From IMG/VR virus record IMGVR_UViG_3300035661_000005: 64,000 nucleotides of DNA; one strand, written 5' to 3'. The notes beneath the pieces were generated by a model. That model was given only the letters and a program-made list of their open reading frames with translations. It was not told the DNA's origin and searched no databases. Both the position numbers and the translations under genes were made by a program. Positions 8,867-18,259 of this stretch are shown one piece after another. How positions within the stretch are numbered: the first letter of the stretch is position 1; the number at the start of each line of letters is the position of its first letter. The stretch comes from a virus. Lineage: Duplodnaviria > Caudoviricetes.

Positions 8867-9393
8867 TGGGCAAGCTCGGCAACTTCTCCGCTAAGCAGAT
8901 GCCGTCGCTGGTCCTTTCGACCACCTACGGCAAGCCGCTCCTGCGTGGGGCCGTCTCCGACCTGGTGGATCCCCACCGGATCATGGCCCGCTTCCAGCGG
9001 ACTCTCCTGAACCGGCTCAAGAAGTTCATCCTTCAGGCGACCTTCTCGGACGCGGCGAAGCGCCGGCTTTCCAAGGCGATCAAGGTCAAGCTCAAGGGCA
9101 ACAGCATCCAGGTCACGACGAGGGACCCGGCCTGGCGTCCCCTCGTGGAGGGGCAGAAGCCTGGGCAGATGCGGTGGCTCATTCGGGCGCGGGCACCGAT
9201 CCCGATCGTGACGGATACGGGGAAGGTCATTTTCCGTTCCGCCACGGCCAAATCGATGAAGAACGGGAGGTGGTACCACCCGGGGCGCCCTCGTCAGAAC
9301 ATCATCGAGAAGGCCAAGGAGGAGGCTCGCAAGATCCTCCGAGAGCGCGTAAAGTCCGAGTTTGCCAAACAGCTCAGGGACTCGTTGAGATGA
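8866..9393 (+). CDS. Neck protein, HK97 gp10/Ne1-like
   Basis: Basic 175-aa protein with LVEGQKPG...PIPIVT..GKVIFRSAT...WYHPG pattern; follows the closure gene. Confidence 0.5.
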   Translation: MGKLGNFSAKQMPSLVLSTTYGKPLLRGAVSDLVDPHRIMARFQRTLLNRLKKFILQATFSDAAKRRLSKAIKVKLKGNSIQVTTRDPAWRPLVEGQKPGQMRWLIRARAPIPIVTDTGKVIFRSATAKSMKNGRWYHPGRPRQNIIEKAKEEARKILRERVKSEFAKQLRDSLR

Positions 9394-9947
9394 TGATTGG
9401 CGACGTCACCGTGGTGGGGATCGACACGTCCCCCGTAGTCCTAGAAGACATCGGCATGGACGTGCCGCATGCACAGGCCGTCACGATCCCTGCGGACAAG
9501 GCGACCATGTCGAAAGATCTCTGGCGGGCGATCGGGCAGCGGAGGCTCTTTCAGCTACATACGGGTCCGATCCCGACCCGACCTCAGGTGGCTCGGGTCT
9601 CCCCGGACGCCGACCGGGTCAAGCAGCTAGAGGCAGAGAACCAGCAGCTCCATGAGCGGGTCCGGCAGCTAGAGGCCCAGGTAGCGGACAGCTCCAAGCT
9701 CGACCAGATCCTCGCCGCCATCCAGCAGGGGGGTGTCACGGTCGCGGCGGCCCCTGGGCGCCTCGTCCCGTCCGCCAAAGAGGCTTTGCCGGGCGTTGTG
9801 GAGGTGGACGTGCCTGTGTTCATCCCATCCGTGAAATCGGCCGACGTGTCCGAGACGCGGCTAGGGGTGCAGGCCGAGTCCTCCGACGGGGCATCCCTGG
9901 GGTCGGCGGCTGAGGCGCTGCGGAAGATGCGGCGGGCTGGCCGATAA
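9390..9947 (+). CDS. Hypothetical protein with central coiled coil
   Basis: ATGA-coupled start at 9390 (track ORF 9174..9947 over-extended); RVKQLEAENQQLHERVRQLEAQV heptads. Confidence 0.65.
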   Translation: MMIGDVTVVGIDTSPVVLEDIGMDVPHAQAVTIPADKATMSKDLWRAIGQRRLFQLHTGPIPTRPQVARVSPDADRVKQLEAENQQLHERVRQLEAQVADSSKLDQILAAIQQGGVTVAAAPGRLVPSAKEALPGVVEVDVPVFIPSVKSADVSETRLGVQAESSDGASLGSAAEALRKMRRAGR

Positions 9948-9981
9948 TCCTCTTCGATTTTCACGCCCGTAGGAGAATCCC

Positions 9982-10236
9982 ATGCACCCCCGTCAAGCCT
10001 CACTCCTCACCGAAGCCAGGACCCTCGTCGAGAAGACCGCCGCCAAGACCAGGGGCGGGGCGCCGATGCTCTACAGGTACACGGATCCGGACAACGGGAT
10101 GGACTTCTACCTCCCGGAGAAGAGGACCACGGTGAAGAGCCCCTGGTCGGGCAAGAGCTTCTCCGCCAAGCCCGAGAAGGACAGCCTCTCGGACGTCGGC
10201 AAGGAGCTGAAGGACGACGCTAAGAGGGCGAAGTGA
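9982..10236 (+). CDS. Small hypothetical protein (possibly Cys-less zinc-ribbon-like)
   Basis: SD AGGAGA; DPDNG and SPWSG turns spaced like a ribbon; contains RQAS and KTAA. Confidence 0.65.
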   Translation: MHPRQASLLTEARTLVEKTAAKTRGGAPMLYRYTDPDNGMDFYLPEKRTTVKSPWSGKSFSAKPEKDSLSDVGKELKDDAKRAK

Positions 10237-10952
10237 TGGACGAGACGACCCGCACTCTTTGGGTCGACCCTATCCATCACGATCCGTTGACGGATGGGCC
10301 GCCCTATCTCCCCGGACACCTGGGCGGGAAGGTGGCACGCATGGTCAACGCATCCGACCGGGCGCTGGCTCGTCAGGTTCTAAAGCAGGCCGAGGCGATG
10401 ATCGGCATGGACGTCGCCGTCGCCTTCCAGCACTGCCTGTCTGAGTACGGTGGTGCGCCCTCCTCGGAGATGGCCGTGCTTCTGGCCTGCATCCGGGCCG
10501 AGGTGATGATCCACCAGACGCACCACTGGCAGGCGCGTGGGCAGACGCAGTACGGGGATCACCTCCTGTTCGAGCGCGTCTACGACACGGTCAATGGTTT
10601 CGTCGACAAGATCGCTGAGAAGGCGGTCAGTACGGGGCACCTCGTCAACGTCGAGCCCCGGCTGCAGATGAGCCAGATGTCGGCGTTCATCAAGATCTTC
10701 TACTCCGATGCTCCGGTCAGCCCCGGGCCGGAGGAGATGGTCCTGCTCTCGTTGCGGACGCTGTCGAAGTCCGCGCTCGTCCTCGTCTACGCCTACAAAT
10801 CGCTCGAGGCGAAGGGGCAGCTCCTCCTCGGGACGGACAACCTCCTTCAGGGCGTGGCAGACGAGCAGGAGGGTCTGGTGTACCTCCTCAAGCAGCGGAG
10901 CATGGTTCGGATGGCCTCCGTTCCCCCCAACGGGGCGGCCTGGAAGCGGTGA
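10233..10952 (+). CDS. Dps/ferritin-like protein
   Basis: HQTHHWQARGQTQYGDHLLFERVYDTVNGFVDKIAEK matches the Dps ferroxidase signature HW..G..F..LH..FE..Y.......D..AER. Confidence 0.8.
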   Translation: MMDETTRTLWVDPIHHDPLTDGPPYLPGHLGGKVARMVNASDRALARQVLKQAEAMIGMDVAVAFQHCLSEYGGAPSSEMAVLLACIRAEVMIHQTHHWQARGQTQYGDHLLFERVYDTVNGFVDKIAEKAVSTGHLVNVEPRLQMSQMSAFIKIFYSDAPVSPGPEEMVLLSLRTLSKSALVLVYAYKSLEAKGQLLLGTDNLLQGVADEQEGLVYLLKQRSMVRMASVPPNGAAWKR

Positions 10953-10984
10953 CCAGGGGAACACCCAGATCAGAGAGGTATCGA

Positions 10985-11995
10985 ATGAGCAAGGAATCCA
11001 AGCCTGGCGTCGGCATCGACATCGGCACGATGAACATCGTCTCCGCCCGCATGACGAAGGCGGGTCAGATCGAGACGAAGCGCATCCGTGATGCCTTCAT
11101 CGATGTCGACGCCGAGGCGAAGAAGACGCTTCGGCTTTCGAAGGTCGACTACGTCGAGAAGGACGGCAAGTTGATCGTCCTGGGCGACTCGGCCCTGACG
11201 ATGGCGAACCTCTTCAAACAGGAGGCCCGTCGGCCCCTGAGCAAGGGCGTCATCGCACCCGGGGAGATCGACGCCCAGGAGATCCTGAGCCTCCTGATCT
11301 TCAACGTCCTCGGGGAGCCCATCGTCCAGGGGGAGCACTGCTACTACAGCGTGCCGGCCTCGCCGATCGACGACCCGGACCAGGACGTGATCTACCACAC
11401 GGAGGTCTTCCGCAAGATCATCTCCGAGCACGGGTACACGCCCTCTCCGATGAACGAGGCGATGGCGATCATCTACTCCCAGTGCGCGGAGGAGCAGTTC
11501 AGCGGGCTCGCCGTGAGCTTCGGTTCCGGCATGTGCAACGTCGCCCTGGCCTACCAGACGGTCAAAGGGCTCGACTTCAGCCTCGCCCGGGGTGGGGACT
11601 GGGTGGACCGCGGCGCGGCCAAGGCAATGGGAAGCACGGCGGCCCGCATGTGCTCCATCAAGGAGAAGGGTGTCGACCTCCTCAAGCCGAAGAGCCGTGA
11701 GGAGGAGGCCCTGGCCCTCTACATCCGGAACCTGATCCGCTACTGCCTGGAAAACATCGCCGTGCAGTTCCGGCGGGCGCAAGCGGCGATCGATCTTCCG
11801 GACAAGATCCCCTTCGTGGTCTCGGGTGGGACGACCAAGGCGATCAACTTCGAGTCCATCTTCCGGGACGAATTCGAGTCCATCAACAAGAAGGGCTTCC
11901 CGATCCCGATCTCGGACGTCCGCATCGCGAAGGACCCTATGACGGCGGTGGCTGAGGGCCTCTTGGTCCTCGCGGCGGAGGACCACGCGGGTTGA
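10985..11995 (+). CDS. Actin-fold ATPase (MreB/ParM/MamK-like superfamily)
   Basis: Phosphate-1 IDIGTMN, connect-1 NEAMA, phosphate-2 VSFGSGMCN, adenosine VVSGGTT, connect-2 DPMTAVAEG; ATG 10985 has SD GAGGT. Confidence 0.85.
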   Translation: MSKESKPGVGIDIGTMNIVSARMTKAGQIETKRIRDAFIDVDAEAKKTLRLSKVDYVEKDGKLIVLGDSALTMANLFKQEARRPLSKGVIAPGEIDAQEILSLLIFNVLGEPIVQGEHCYYSVPASPIDDPDQDVIYHTEVFRKIISEHGYTPSPMNEAMAIIYSQCAEEQFSGLAVSFGSGMCNVALAYQTVKGLDFSLARGGDWVDRGAAKAMGSTAARMCSIKEKGVDLLKPKSREEEALALYIRNLIRYCLENIAVQFRRAQAAIDLPDKIPFVVSGGTTKAINFESIFRDEFESINKKGFPIPISDVRIAKDPMTAVAEGLLVLAAEDHAG

Positions 11996-12026
11996 TCCGC
12001 GCAGGCCACTGCCTGAAAGGGAAGTC

Positions 12027-12131
12027 ATGTCCAACCGTATCGCTGCCACCGATCCCGCCTGGAGGAAGACCGCATCCGGTGGTTTCGCAGCCTACTCCAC
12101 CCAGGCGAGCATGGGTGCGAACATCGCCTGA
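12027..12131 (+). CDS. 34-aa micro-protein MSNRIAATDPAWRKTASGGFAAYSTQASMGANIA (not in ORF track)
   Basis: SD-like AAAGGGAAG before ATG; fills the gap between the actin and terminator genes. Confidence 0.6.
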   Translation: MSNRIAATDPAWRKTASGGFAAYSTQASMGANIA

Positions 12132-12147
12132 CCCATCGAGGGGGAAT

Positions 12148-13308
12148 ATGTACTACTACCTGACGAGCGCGCTGAAGCGGCGGGTGGCCCTGGAGCTGAA
12201 GGACAGCTTCGGGCGTCACCCGATCTACAAGAAGATCGTAGATTATATCCAAAATAAGTATTCGTTTTCGGAGCGTCCGCAGTTTGGCATCGTGATCAAG
12301 GGCTCCAGCGCCAACAAGGTGGCCCTCTCCGGTGACAACTTCATCGGGACGATCGAGAGTCACGTGATTCTCGCGAACGTAGGCGAGCCCGCCTACCCGA
12401 TCGAGTGGGTTCGTGAAGACCTCAACGCGGTCAGGGAGAACGGCAACATCTTCCCTCTCGTACCGGGGATCTACTACATCGAGATCCTCGACGCGCCGGA
12501 CAATCCGACGGACCCAGGGCACTTCATCGTCGATCCCCTACTCACGGTCACGGACGAGGCCATCCTGCAGTTCCTATCGGGGATCGAGCAGGAGGCGCAG
12601 CTACAGATGCCCCCGGCCAAGGGCACCTTGCGCCTATGGCTCAACAAGCGACAGCTCCTCAAGGAGGGTGCGGACTACACGGTCGATTATACGACCGGGG
12701 CTCTACGGATCAACGTCCGTTTCAGCCCGAACGACACCCTCACGGCGGATTACCGCTACCCGGCGCCAAGCGTCGGCCCCGTCGAATTCTGGTGGAACGT
12801 CTCGGACCACAAGACCCTCCCGGGGGTCATCCTCGCCTTCGGCAAACGGGCCAAGGCGGGGGACAAGGTTGCGATCGTCGTCTATCAGGACCGGGTCGAG
12901 GCTGCTCGGGCGTTCGGTGGCAAGTTCGAGGTGAACCTCGACCTCGATGTCATTTCGCAAGACCCCACCCAGATGGAGGAGATTGCCGACCTGGTGATCA
13001 TGTACCTCTGGGGTGAGCGCAAGGCGGACCTGGAGACGGAGGGCATCGAGATTGTGGACATCTCGATGGGCGGGGAAGCCGAGGAGGTTTACGACGAGAC
13101 GGGGGATACCTACTTCTACAACGCCTCGATCTCGTTGCAGCTACGGTCGGATTGGGAGATCCACATCCCGCTGCCACTGACCTTCTCGAAGGTCACGCAG
13201 GAGACGGTGGAGGGGAAGCCCGGTGTGAAGGCGGTCACGACCGGCCTGTTCCACCTGACGCACGCCATCTTCCCGAGCCGAAACAACGACTACGAACACA
13301 TCAAATGA
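12148..13308 (+). CDS. Tail terminator/completion protein with inserted beta module
   Basis: ATG 12148 after GAGGGGG; C-terminal EVNLDLDVISQD...EELADL-type pattern; insert EGADYTVDYTTG...LTADYRY; two genes upstream of sheath. Confidence 0.55.
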   Translation: MYYYLTSALKRRVALELKDSFGRHPIYKKIVDYIQNKYSFSERPQFGIVIKGSSANKVALSGDNFIGTIESHVILANVGEPAYPIEWVREDLNAVRENGNIFPLVPGIYYIEILDAPDNPTDPGHFIVDPLLTVTDEAILQFLSGIEQEAQLQMPPAKGTLRLWLNKRQLLKEGADYTVDYTTGALRINVRFSPNDTLTADYRYPAPSVGPVEFWWNVSDHKTLPGVILAFGKRAKAGDKVAIVVYQDRVEAARAFGGKFEVNLDLDVISQDPTQMEEIADLVIMYLWGERKADLETEGIEIVDISMGGEAEEVYDETGDTYFYNASISLQLRSDWEIHIPLPLTFSKVTQETVEGKPGVKAVTTGLFHLTHAIFPSRNNDYEHIK

Positions 13309-13321
13309 AGGTGGGGTGGCC

Positions 13322-13762
13322 ATGCCCAAGTACGTCTTTGCGTGTCAGAACGAGGCTTGCAGCCTGCGCTTCGAGCGTAGCCTCAAGATGGGGGAGCACC
13401 CGACCCACGTGTGCCCGGGGTGCCACGAGGAGGCCCCTCGGGTCTTGGACGGGGAGGCCTTCCACTTCGCCTTCCAGCAGAGCCAGACGGCGGCAGCGGC
13501 GAACACGGGCGTCCACAAGGCCGATTACCCCACGGCGGACCAGGTGGTGGGCCGGGACGCGGAGAGCCGGTGGGCCTCCTACGGCGAGCGAAACAAGGTA
13601 AAGGCGGCTGCCCGTGAGCAGGGCGGGACGAGGGCCCTCATTCGACACCAGGGCAAGGACTTCATCGACTACGAGCCGATGTCGGACGCGGGCCTTTCGG
13701 CGCGGAAGAAGCTGTTCGCCAAGGCGATCGAAGTCTCGAAGGCGACGAAAGAGGCTCGATAA
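13322..13762 (+). CDS. FmdB-family zinc-ribbon protein
   Basis: MPKYVFACQNEAC..RFE.......HPTHVCPGC matches MPxYxYxCxxC...CPxC. Confidence 0.75.
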   Translation: MPKYVFACQNEACSLRFERSLKMGEHPTHVCPGCHEEAPRVLDGEAFHFAFQQSQTAAAANTGVHKADYPTADQVVGRDAESRWASYGERNKVKAAAREQGGTRALIRHQGKDFIDYEPMSDAGLSARKKLFAKAIEVSKATKEAR

Positions 13763-13764
13763 TC

Positions 13765-13851
13765 CACTGATGCCGGTCTGCCTAATAGAAGGCCCGGCCT
13801 CCGGGACCAGATGAAGATGGGGATCGTATCCGAAGCTCCGCCCCGGCAGTG
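13765..13851 (+). promoter_or_regulatory. Structured leader element A upstream of the sheath gene
   Basis: CACTG(AT)GCCGG 13765-13776 pairs with CCGGCAGTG 13843-13851; encloses AGATGAAGATGGGGATC...TCCGCCC shared with element B. Confidence 0.45.
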
Positions 13852-13911
13852 AGGGGCACCCTTAGATCCAGATGTGATGAAGAACGCTGACGTCCCCACC
13901 AGGAGTCTCGG

Positions 13912-16900
13912 ATGTCCATCGGCCCCTTCGCCTCCTACGTCCCGCCCGGCATCTACACCCGGACGCTGACCGAATCCAACGTCGCGCAGCTCGTTGCCGG
14001 CCTACGCATCCCCGTGATCATCGGGGTCGGGCAGGAGCAGCTCGACCAGCTCAACGTGGAGATGGTCCGCGGAAGCAGTTCGACGGTCGACCAACAGATC
14101 TTCAACGAGGATCCCTCGCTCGCCTGGGTCGTGGACTCGACCAACCCGGCGAACCTGGTTCTCGGTCCGCAGGATGGTACGCGCCTGCAGCTGCGGGTGC
14201 GCAACTACCCGATCGTCGATGGTCAGGGCTTCGGCCGTGTGACCAACGACATCCGGACGGTGACCGTCACGGTGAACGGCACGCCGACGGCGGTGGCCCA
14301 GGTGAACGGCCAGAAGGGCCTGATCACCTTGCAGGTGCCGCCGCAGCCGACCGACATCGTGCGGGTCACCTACTACTTCCACCGCGGCGACACCCAGTTC
14401 ACGGATGACGTCTCGGCGCAGGTGACGCCCGACTCGGCCATTCTCGTGTCTCCTGGTTACGGCCCCTACGTCTTCACGGCTGGGTCGAACGACACCCTGA
14501 AGCTCAGGGTGAACGGCACCGCCTACACGGTGGTCTTCTCGGCCGGTGCGCTGACGGCGACCACGGTCAAGGCGCAGATCGACGCTCTGTCGATCGCGAA
14601 CCTGACGACCTCGGTCTACGTGGACCCGATCGGTCAGGAGCACATCCGGCTGCTCACGACCCAGGAGCTTCAGATCCTGGACGGTTCGGCGAACGGTCCG
14701 CTCGGCTGGACCAACTACACGAAGACCGCCCGCAACGTGGACTTCGCGGTCTTCAACCGTCCGATCACGGATGGTGGCGGCTCGGGCCTGACGACCACGG
14801 ACACCGCGAAGGTGGTCGTGAAGGTCAACAACGTCCAGGTCATCCCGGCGGCGGTCAACGGCCAGAATGGTCTCGTGACCCTCACGCTGGCACCGCCCCC
14901 CGGTGCCAGCGTGAGGGTCACGTACTGGGCGAACACGTGGCAGGACACGTACGACTATCTGCCGAACACCCTGGTGACCCAGGTCACCCAGTGCGGTATC
15001 GCCCCGGGACGGTCCGACTACATCCAGGGCGCCGACTTCGTGGTCTCGAACCCGACGGCGGACACCAGCATCATCCACTGGGGTACGAGCATGGCGGTCA
15101 GCGCCGTCTCGACCACGGCGGGTGGGACGCCCTTCCATGACTCGCAGATCGTCGGGACGCTGGTCGACGACCAGATGTTCCTCGGTGAGTGCGAGCGGGT
15201 GGTCAACACGGCGGTGAACCCGGCGACCATCTCCGGGACGGACTTCATCCTCCCCGAGATCCCGACGCTCGGCAACGGCCGCAACACGCCGCTCGGTACC
15301 ACGGACTTCGCCTCGGTCACGAACAGCCGTCAGGACGTCATCTCGAACCGTCCGGACCTCGTCGTGGTCTACGTCGGGCGCAACCTCCAGGACGCGCTCA
15401 ACCGTCCGGTCGCCAAGGTCGACTACGTGGATGGGGCCAACCGCCTGATCCGGCTGACGTCCTCGGTCCCGGCCGACTGGAAGGCCTTCGCGACCTTCTA
15501 CTACAACCGGATCGTCGACGACACCTACCTCTTCACCAACAAGGTGTCGGGGCCGGTCGGCACCGGGCAGTACGAGGTGCTCGCGGTCGCGACCCAGGAG
15601 CAGCTCTACCAGGTCAACTTCACGAAGGTGGGCCTACCCTTCGGTGGTTCGCCGGTTCCGCAGATCGTGCAGTGGCCGCGTGGGGTCGAGAACATCCCCG
15701 ACGCCTTCCACGCGGGCTCGGGCACGCCGGTCAGTGAGACGGTCCTCGTGACCTTCCGCCAGTCGGCGGCGGGCAACGCGGCCTACACGATCAAGGGCGC
15801 GGAGAGCTACGGGCTCTACAACCCCACCTCGGCGACTTGGGTCACCCTGCTGCAGGGGCTGCCCATCTCGACGTCCCTCAATGCGGCGGCTCCGGCCTCC
15901 CTCGTCAGCGGCCACGTGGCGGTCATCCAGCCGCCGGACGTGAACGCGGGGAAGATCAACGTCGCGGTCGGCACCGAGACGCTGAACCTGGAGATCGACG
16001 GGGTCTCGATCGCGGTGACCCTGACGACGGGCTACCGGACTCCGACCCAGATCGTCAACGAGATCAACTCGGCGATCGACCTCGACCCGGCCTTCAGCGG
16101 TACGGCGCCGAACAACCTGGCGGGCTACAGCCAAATCGGCGGATCTTCGGGCGATGTCTTCTTCCACGTGAAGTCGTACACGACGCCTAGCGCGCTCCCG
16201 GGTGGGTTCGACTCGGCGGCGAAGGTCAAGATCGCCCAGGGGACGGCGGAGACGACCCTCGGCTTCAAGACCTTCCAGACGGCGACCGGGACCTCGGGCG
16301 CCATCTGCAAGCCGGCGACGCTCCTCGGCTCGGTGGCCGGGCCGTACGTGATCACGACGGGCGTCAACGACACCCTCAAGGTGCGGGTCGACGGGGTGGA
16401 TTACACCGTGGCCCTCCCGGGTGGTGCCTCGGTGACCACGACGGCGGTCGTCACGGCGATCAACGCGGTGATCCCGAGCTTCTCCTCGGTTGGCACCTTG
16501 GGGAACCTGAACCACCTGCGGCTCACCAGCCCGACGAACACGACGGTCTCTTCGATCGTCATCCTCGACGGGACGGCCAACGCGATCCTCGGGTTCGTCC
16601 AGAACGAGCAGGCGAGCCAGGTGCGGGTCACGGCGCAGGAGATCGTCAACGCGCTCAACGCCACGGCGGGCTTCCTCGCAGCGGGCATCGCGTACGTCAC
16701 CTCGGTCGAGGGTCTCAACTACGTCACGATCGAGTCGATCACGACGGGTGCGGCGACGTCCAGCGTCGGGTTCGGCTCCTCGGCCAACTCGGCCTTCAAC
16801 ACCGGGACCGGCCTGAACATCACGCCGGGCACGGACGGGGACATCGGCGAGGACCCGCGCACGGTCTTCGACGTCCGTTCGACGAACCCGCTCGGCTCGG

Positions 16901-18198
16901 CCGGTACGGGTACGCCGGGTCAGACCTACACGGATGCCCGCACGGGCCTCCGCTTCACGGTCCTGCCCTCGACCACGACGTACCAGGCGGGCAAGTCGTT
17001 CGGCTTGGTGGTCTCGACGACCTTCGCGGTCAACCCCGCGGTGCCCTTCTACGCGATCCCCGGTGTGGAGACGACGGTCTCCAACACGGTCGGGGTCGTG
17101 CCGGGTGATGTGGGTCAGATCCAGACGTTCCACCCGGGTGGGGCGGAGCCGAAGGTCGGGGACTTCTACTACATCTCGTACAAGTACCAGAAGCAGGACT
17201 TCTCGACCCGGATCTTCCGGCAGCTCAAGACGATCGAGGCCAACTTCGGCGTCACCTCGCCGGCGAACCGTGTCACCCTGGCGGCCTACCTGGCGATCCT
17301 CAACGGGGCGCTCCTGGTCGGCATCAAGCAGGTGCGCAAGGTCCCGAACACGAATCAGGCGTCGGACGCGGACTTCATCGCCGCGATCCAGGCCCTATCG
17401 ACGCCGATGCCGGGCAACGTGAAGCCTGACATCCTCGTGCCCCTGGCGACCTCGACGTCGGTCTACGCGGCCCTCACGAGCCACGTAGAAACGATGAGCC
17501 TCATCCAGAACCAGGCGGAGCGGATGGGCTTCATCGGGTTTGCCTCGGGGACGACGCCCTCGAACGCGGCGACGATCGCAGCGAGCCTCAGCTCGAACCG
17601 CATCGTGGCCCTCTACCCGGACTCGGTGGTCGTCACTCTGACCGATGAGCTGGGTCAGAGTTTCGACTCCCTCGTGGACGGCACCTTCTTCGCGGCGGCG
17701 GTGGCCGGCGCGGCGGTGTCCCCCTCGGTGGACGTGGCGACGCCGTACACCCGGCGCCGGATCCAGGGCTTCACGAGCATCCCGCGGATCCTCGATCCGG
17801 TCGAGGCCAACCAGACGGCCGTGAAGGGCGTCACCCTGATCGAGGATCTGGACCCGGTGATCCGGATCCGGCAGGGCCTGACGACCAACATGCAGAGCCC
17901 GCTGACGCGCCTGCCGACGGTCACCCAGATCGCCGACTACGTGCAGCAGCAGAGCCGTCAGACGCTCGACTCCTTCGTCGGGACGAAGTTCCTCGCGACG
18001 CGGACGCAGGAGGTCAACGTCTCGATGACGAGCCTCTTCAAGCAGATGGTCCAGGCGGAGATCGTCGGGGGCTTCACGGGGATCTCGTCCACGGTCGACC
18101 CGGACGACCCCACGGTCATGCGGTTCGAGGCGTACTACCAGCCGATCTTCCCGCTGCTCTACATCGTGATGTCCTTCAACCTGAGAGCAAGTGTCTAG
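13912..18198 (+). CDS. Contractile tail sheath protein with multiple inserted domains (1428 aa)
   Basis: N-terminal YVPPGIYTRT; C-terminal sheath core TPYTRRRIQGF...GVTLIE...IRIRQGLTT...TVTQIADYV...FVGTK...YYQPIFPLLYIVMSFNL. Confidence 0.9.
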   Translation: MSIGPFASYVPPGIYTRTLTESNVAQLVAGLRIPVIIGVGQEQLDQLNVEMVRGSSSTVDQQIFNEDPSLAWVVDSTNPANLVLGPQDGTRLQLRVRNYPIVDGQGFGRVTNDIRTVTVTVNGTPTAVAQVNGQKGLITLQVPPQPTDIVRVTYYFHRGDTQFTDDVSAQVTPDSAILVSPGYGPYVFTAGSNDTLKLRVNGTAYTVVFSAGALTATTVKAQIDALSIANLTTSVYVDPIGQEHIRLLTTQELQILDGSANGPLGWTNYTKTARNVDFAVFNRPITDGGGSGLTTTDTAKVVVKVNNVQVIPAAVNGQNGLVTLTLAPPPGASVRVTYWANTWQDTYDYLPNTLVTQVTQCGIAPGRSDYIQGADFVVSNPTADTSIIHWGTSMAVSAVSTTAGGTPFHDSQIVGTLVDDQMFLGECERVVNTAVNPATISGTDFILPEIPTLGNGRNTPLGTTDFASVTNSRQDVISNRPDLVVVYVGRNLQDALNRPVAKVDYVDGANRLIRLTSSVPADWKAFATFYYNRIVDDTYLFTNKVSGPVGTGQYEVLAVATQEQLYQVNFTKVGLPFGGSPVPQIVQWPRGVENIPDAFHAGSGTPVSETVLVTFRQSAAGNAAYTIKGAESYGLYNPTSATWVTLLQGLPISTSLNAAAPASLVSGHVAVIQPPDVNAGKINVAVGTETLNLEIDGVSIAVTLTTGYRTPTQIVNEINSAIDLDPAFSGTAPNNLAGYSQIGGSSGDVFFHVKSYTTPSALPGGFDSAAKVKIAQGTAETTLGFKTFQTATGTSGAICKPATLLGSVAGPYVITTGVNDTLKVRVDGVDYTVALPGGASVTTTAVVTAINAVIPSFSSVGTLGNLNHLRLTSPTNTTVSSIVILDGTANAILGFVQNEQASQVRVTAQEIVNALNATAGFLAAGIAYVTSVEGLNYVTIESITTGAATSSVGFGSSANSAFNTGTGLNITPGTDGDIGEDPRTVFDVRSTNPLGSAGTGTPGQTYTDARTGLRFTVLPSTTTYQAGKSFGLVVSTTFAVNPAVPFYAIPGVETTVSNTVGVVPGDVGQIQTFHPGGAEPKVGDFYYISYKYQKQDFSTRIFRQLKTIEANFGVTSPANRVTLAAYLAILNGALLVGIKQVRKVPNTNQASDADFIAAIQALSTPMPGNVKPDILVPLATSTSVYAALTSHVETMSLIQNQAERMGFIGFASGTTPSNAATIAASLSSNRIVALYPDSVVVTLTDELGQSFDSLVDGTFFAAAVAGAAVSPSVDVATPYTRRRIQGFTSIPRILDPVEANQTAVKGVTLIEDLDPVIRIRQGLTTNMQSPLTRLPTVTQIADYVQQQSRQTLDSFVGTKFLATRTQEVNVSMTSLFKQMVQAEIVGGFTGISSTVDPDDPTVMRFEAYYQPIFPLLYIVMSFNLRASV

Positions 18199-18223
18199 GG
18201 TCCAGCACAATCTAAAGAAAAGG

Positions 18224-18252
18224 TTGACAGCGTGGTAATCCGAGCGTAGGCT
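18224..18252 (+). promoter_or_regulatory. Sigma70-type promoter TTGACA-17-TAGGCT, probably giving a leaderless transcript
   Basis: TTGACA 18224-18229, 17-nt spacer, TAGGCT 18247-18252, A-rich tract upstream; GTG start 7 nt after the -10 box; no SD. Confidence 0.7.
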
Positions 18253-18259
18253 CGGAACC

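Noticed and set aside
10985-11995. Assigning the symbol mreB, parM or ftsA to the actin-like gene
   Set aside because: The motifs establish the fold but not the subfamily; phylogeny is needed
13765-13851. Hammerhead ribozyme in elements A and B
   Set aside because: The CUGAUGA...GAAA core is not present in the required arrangement
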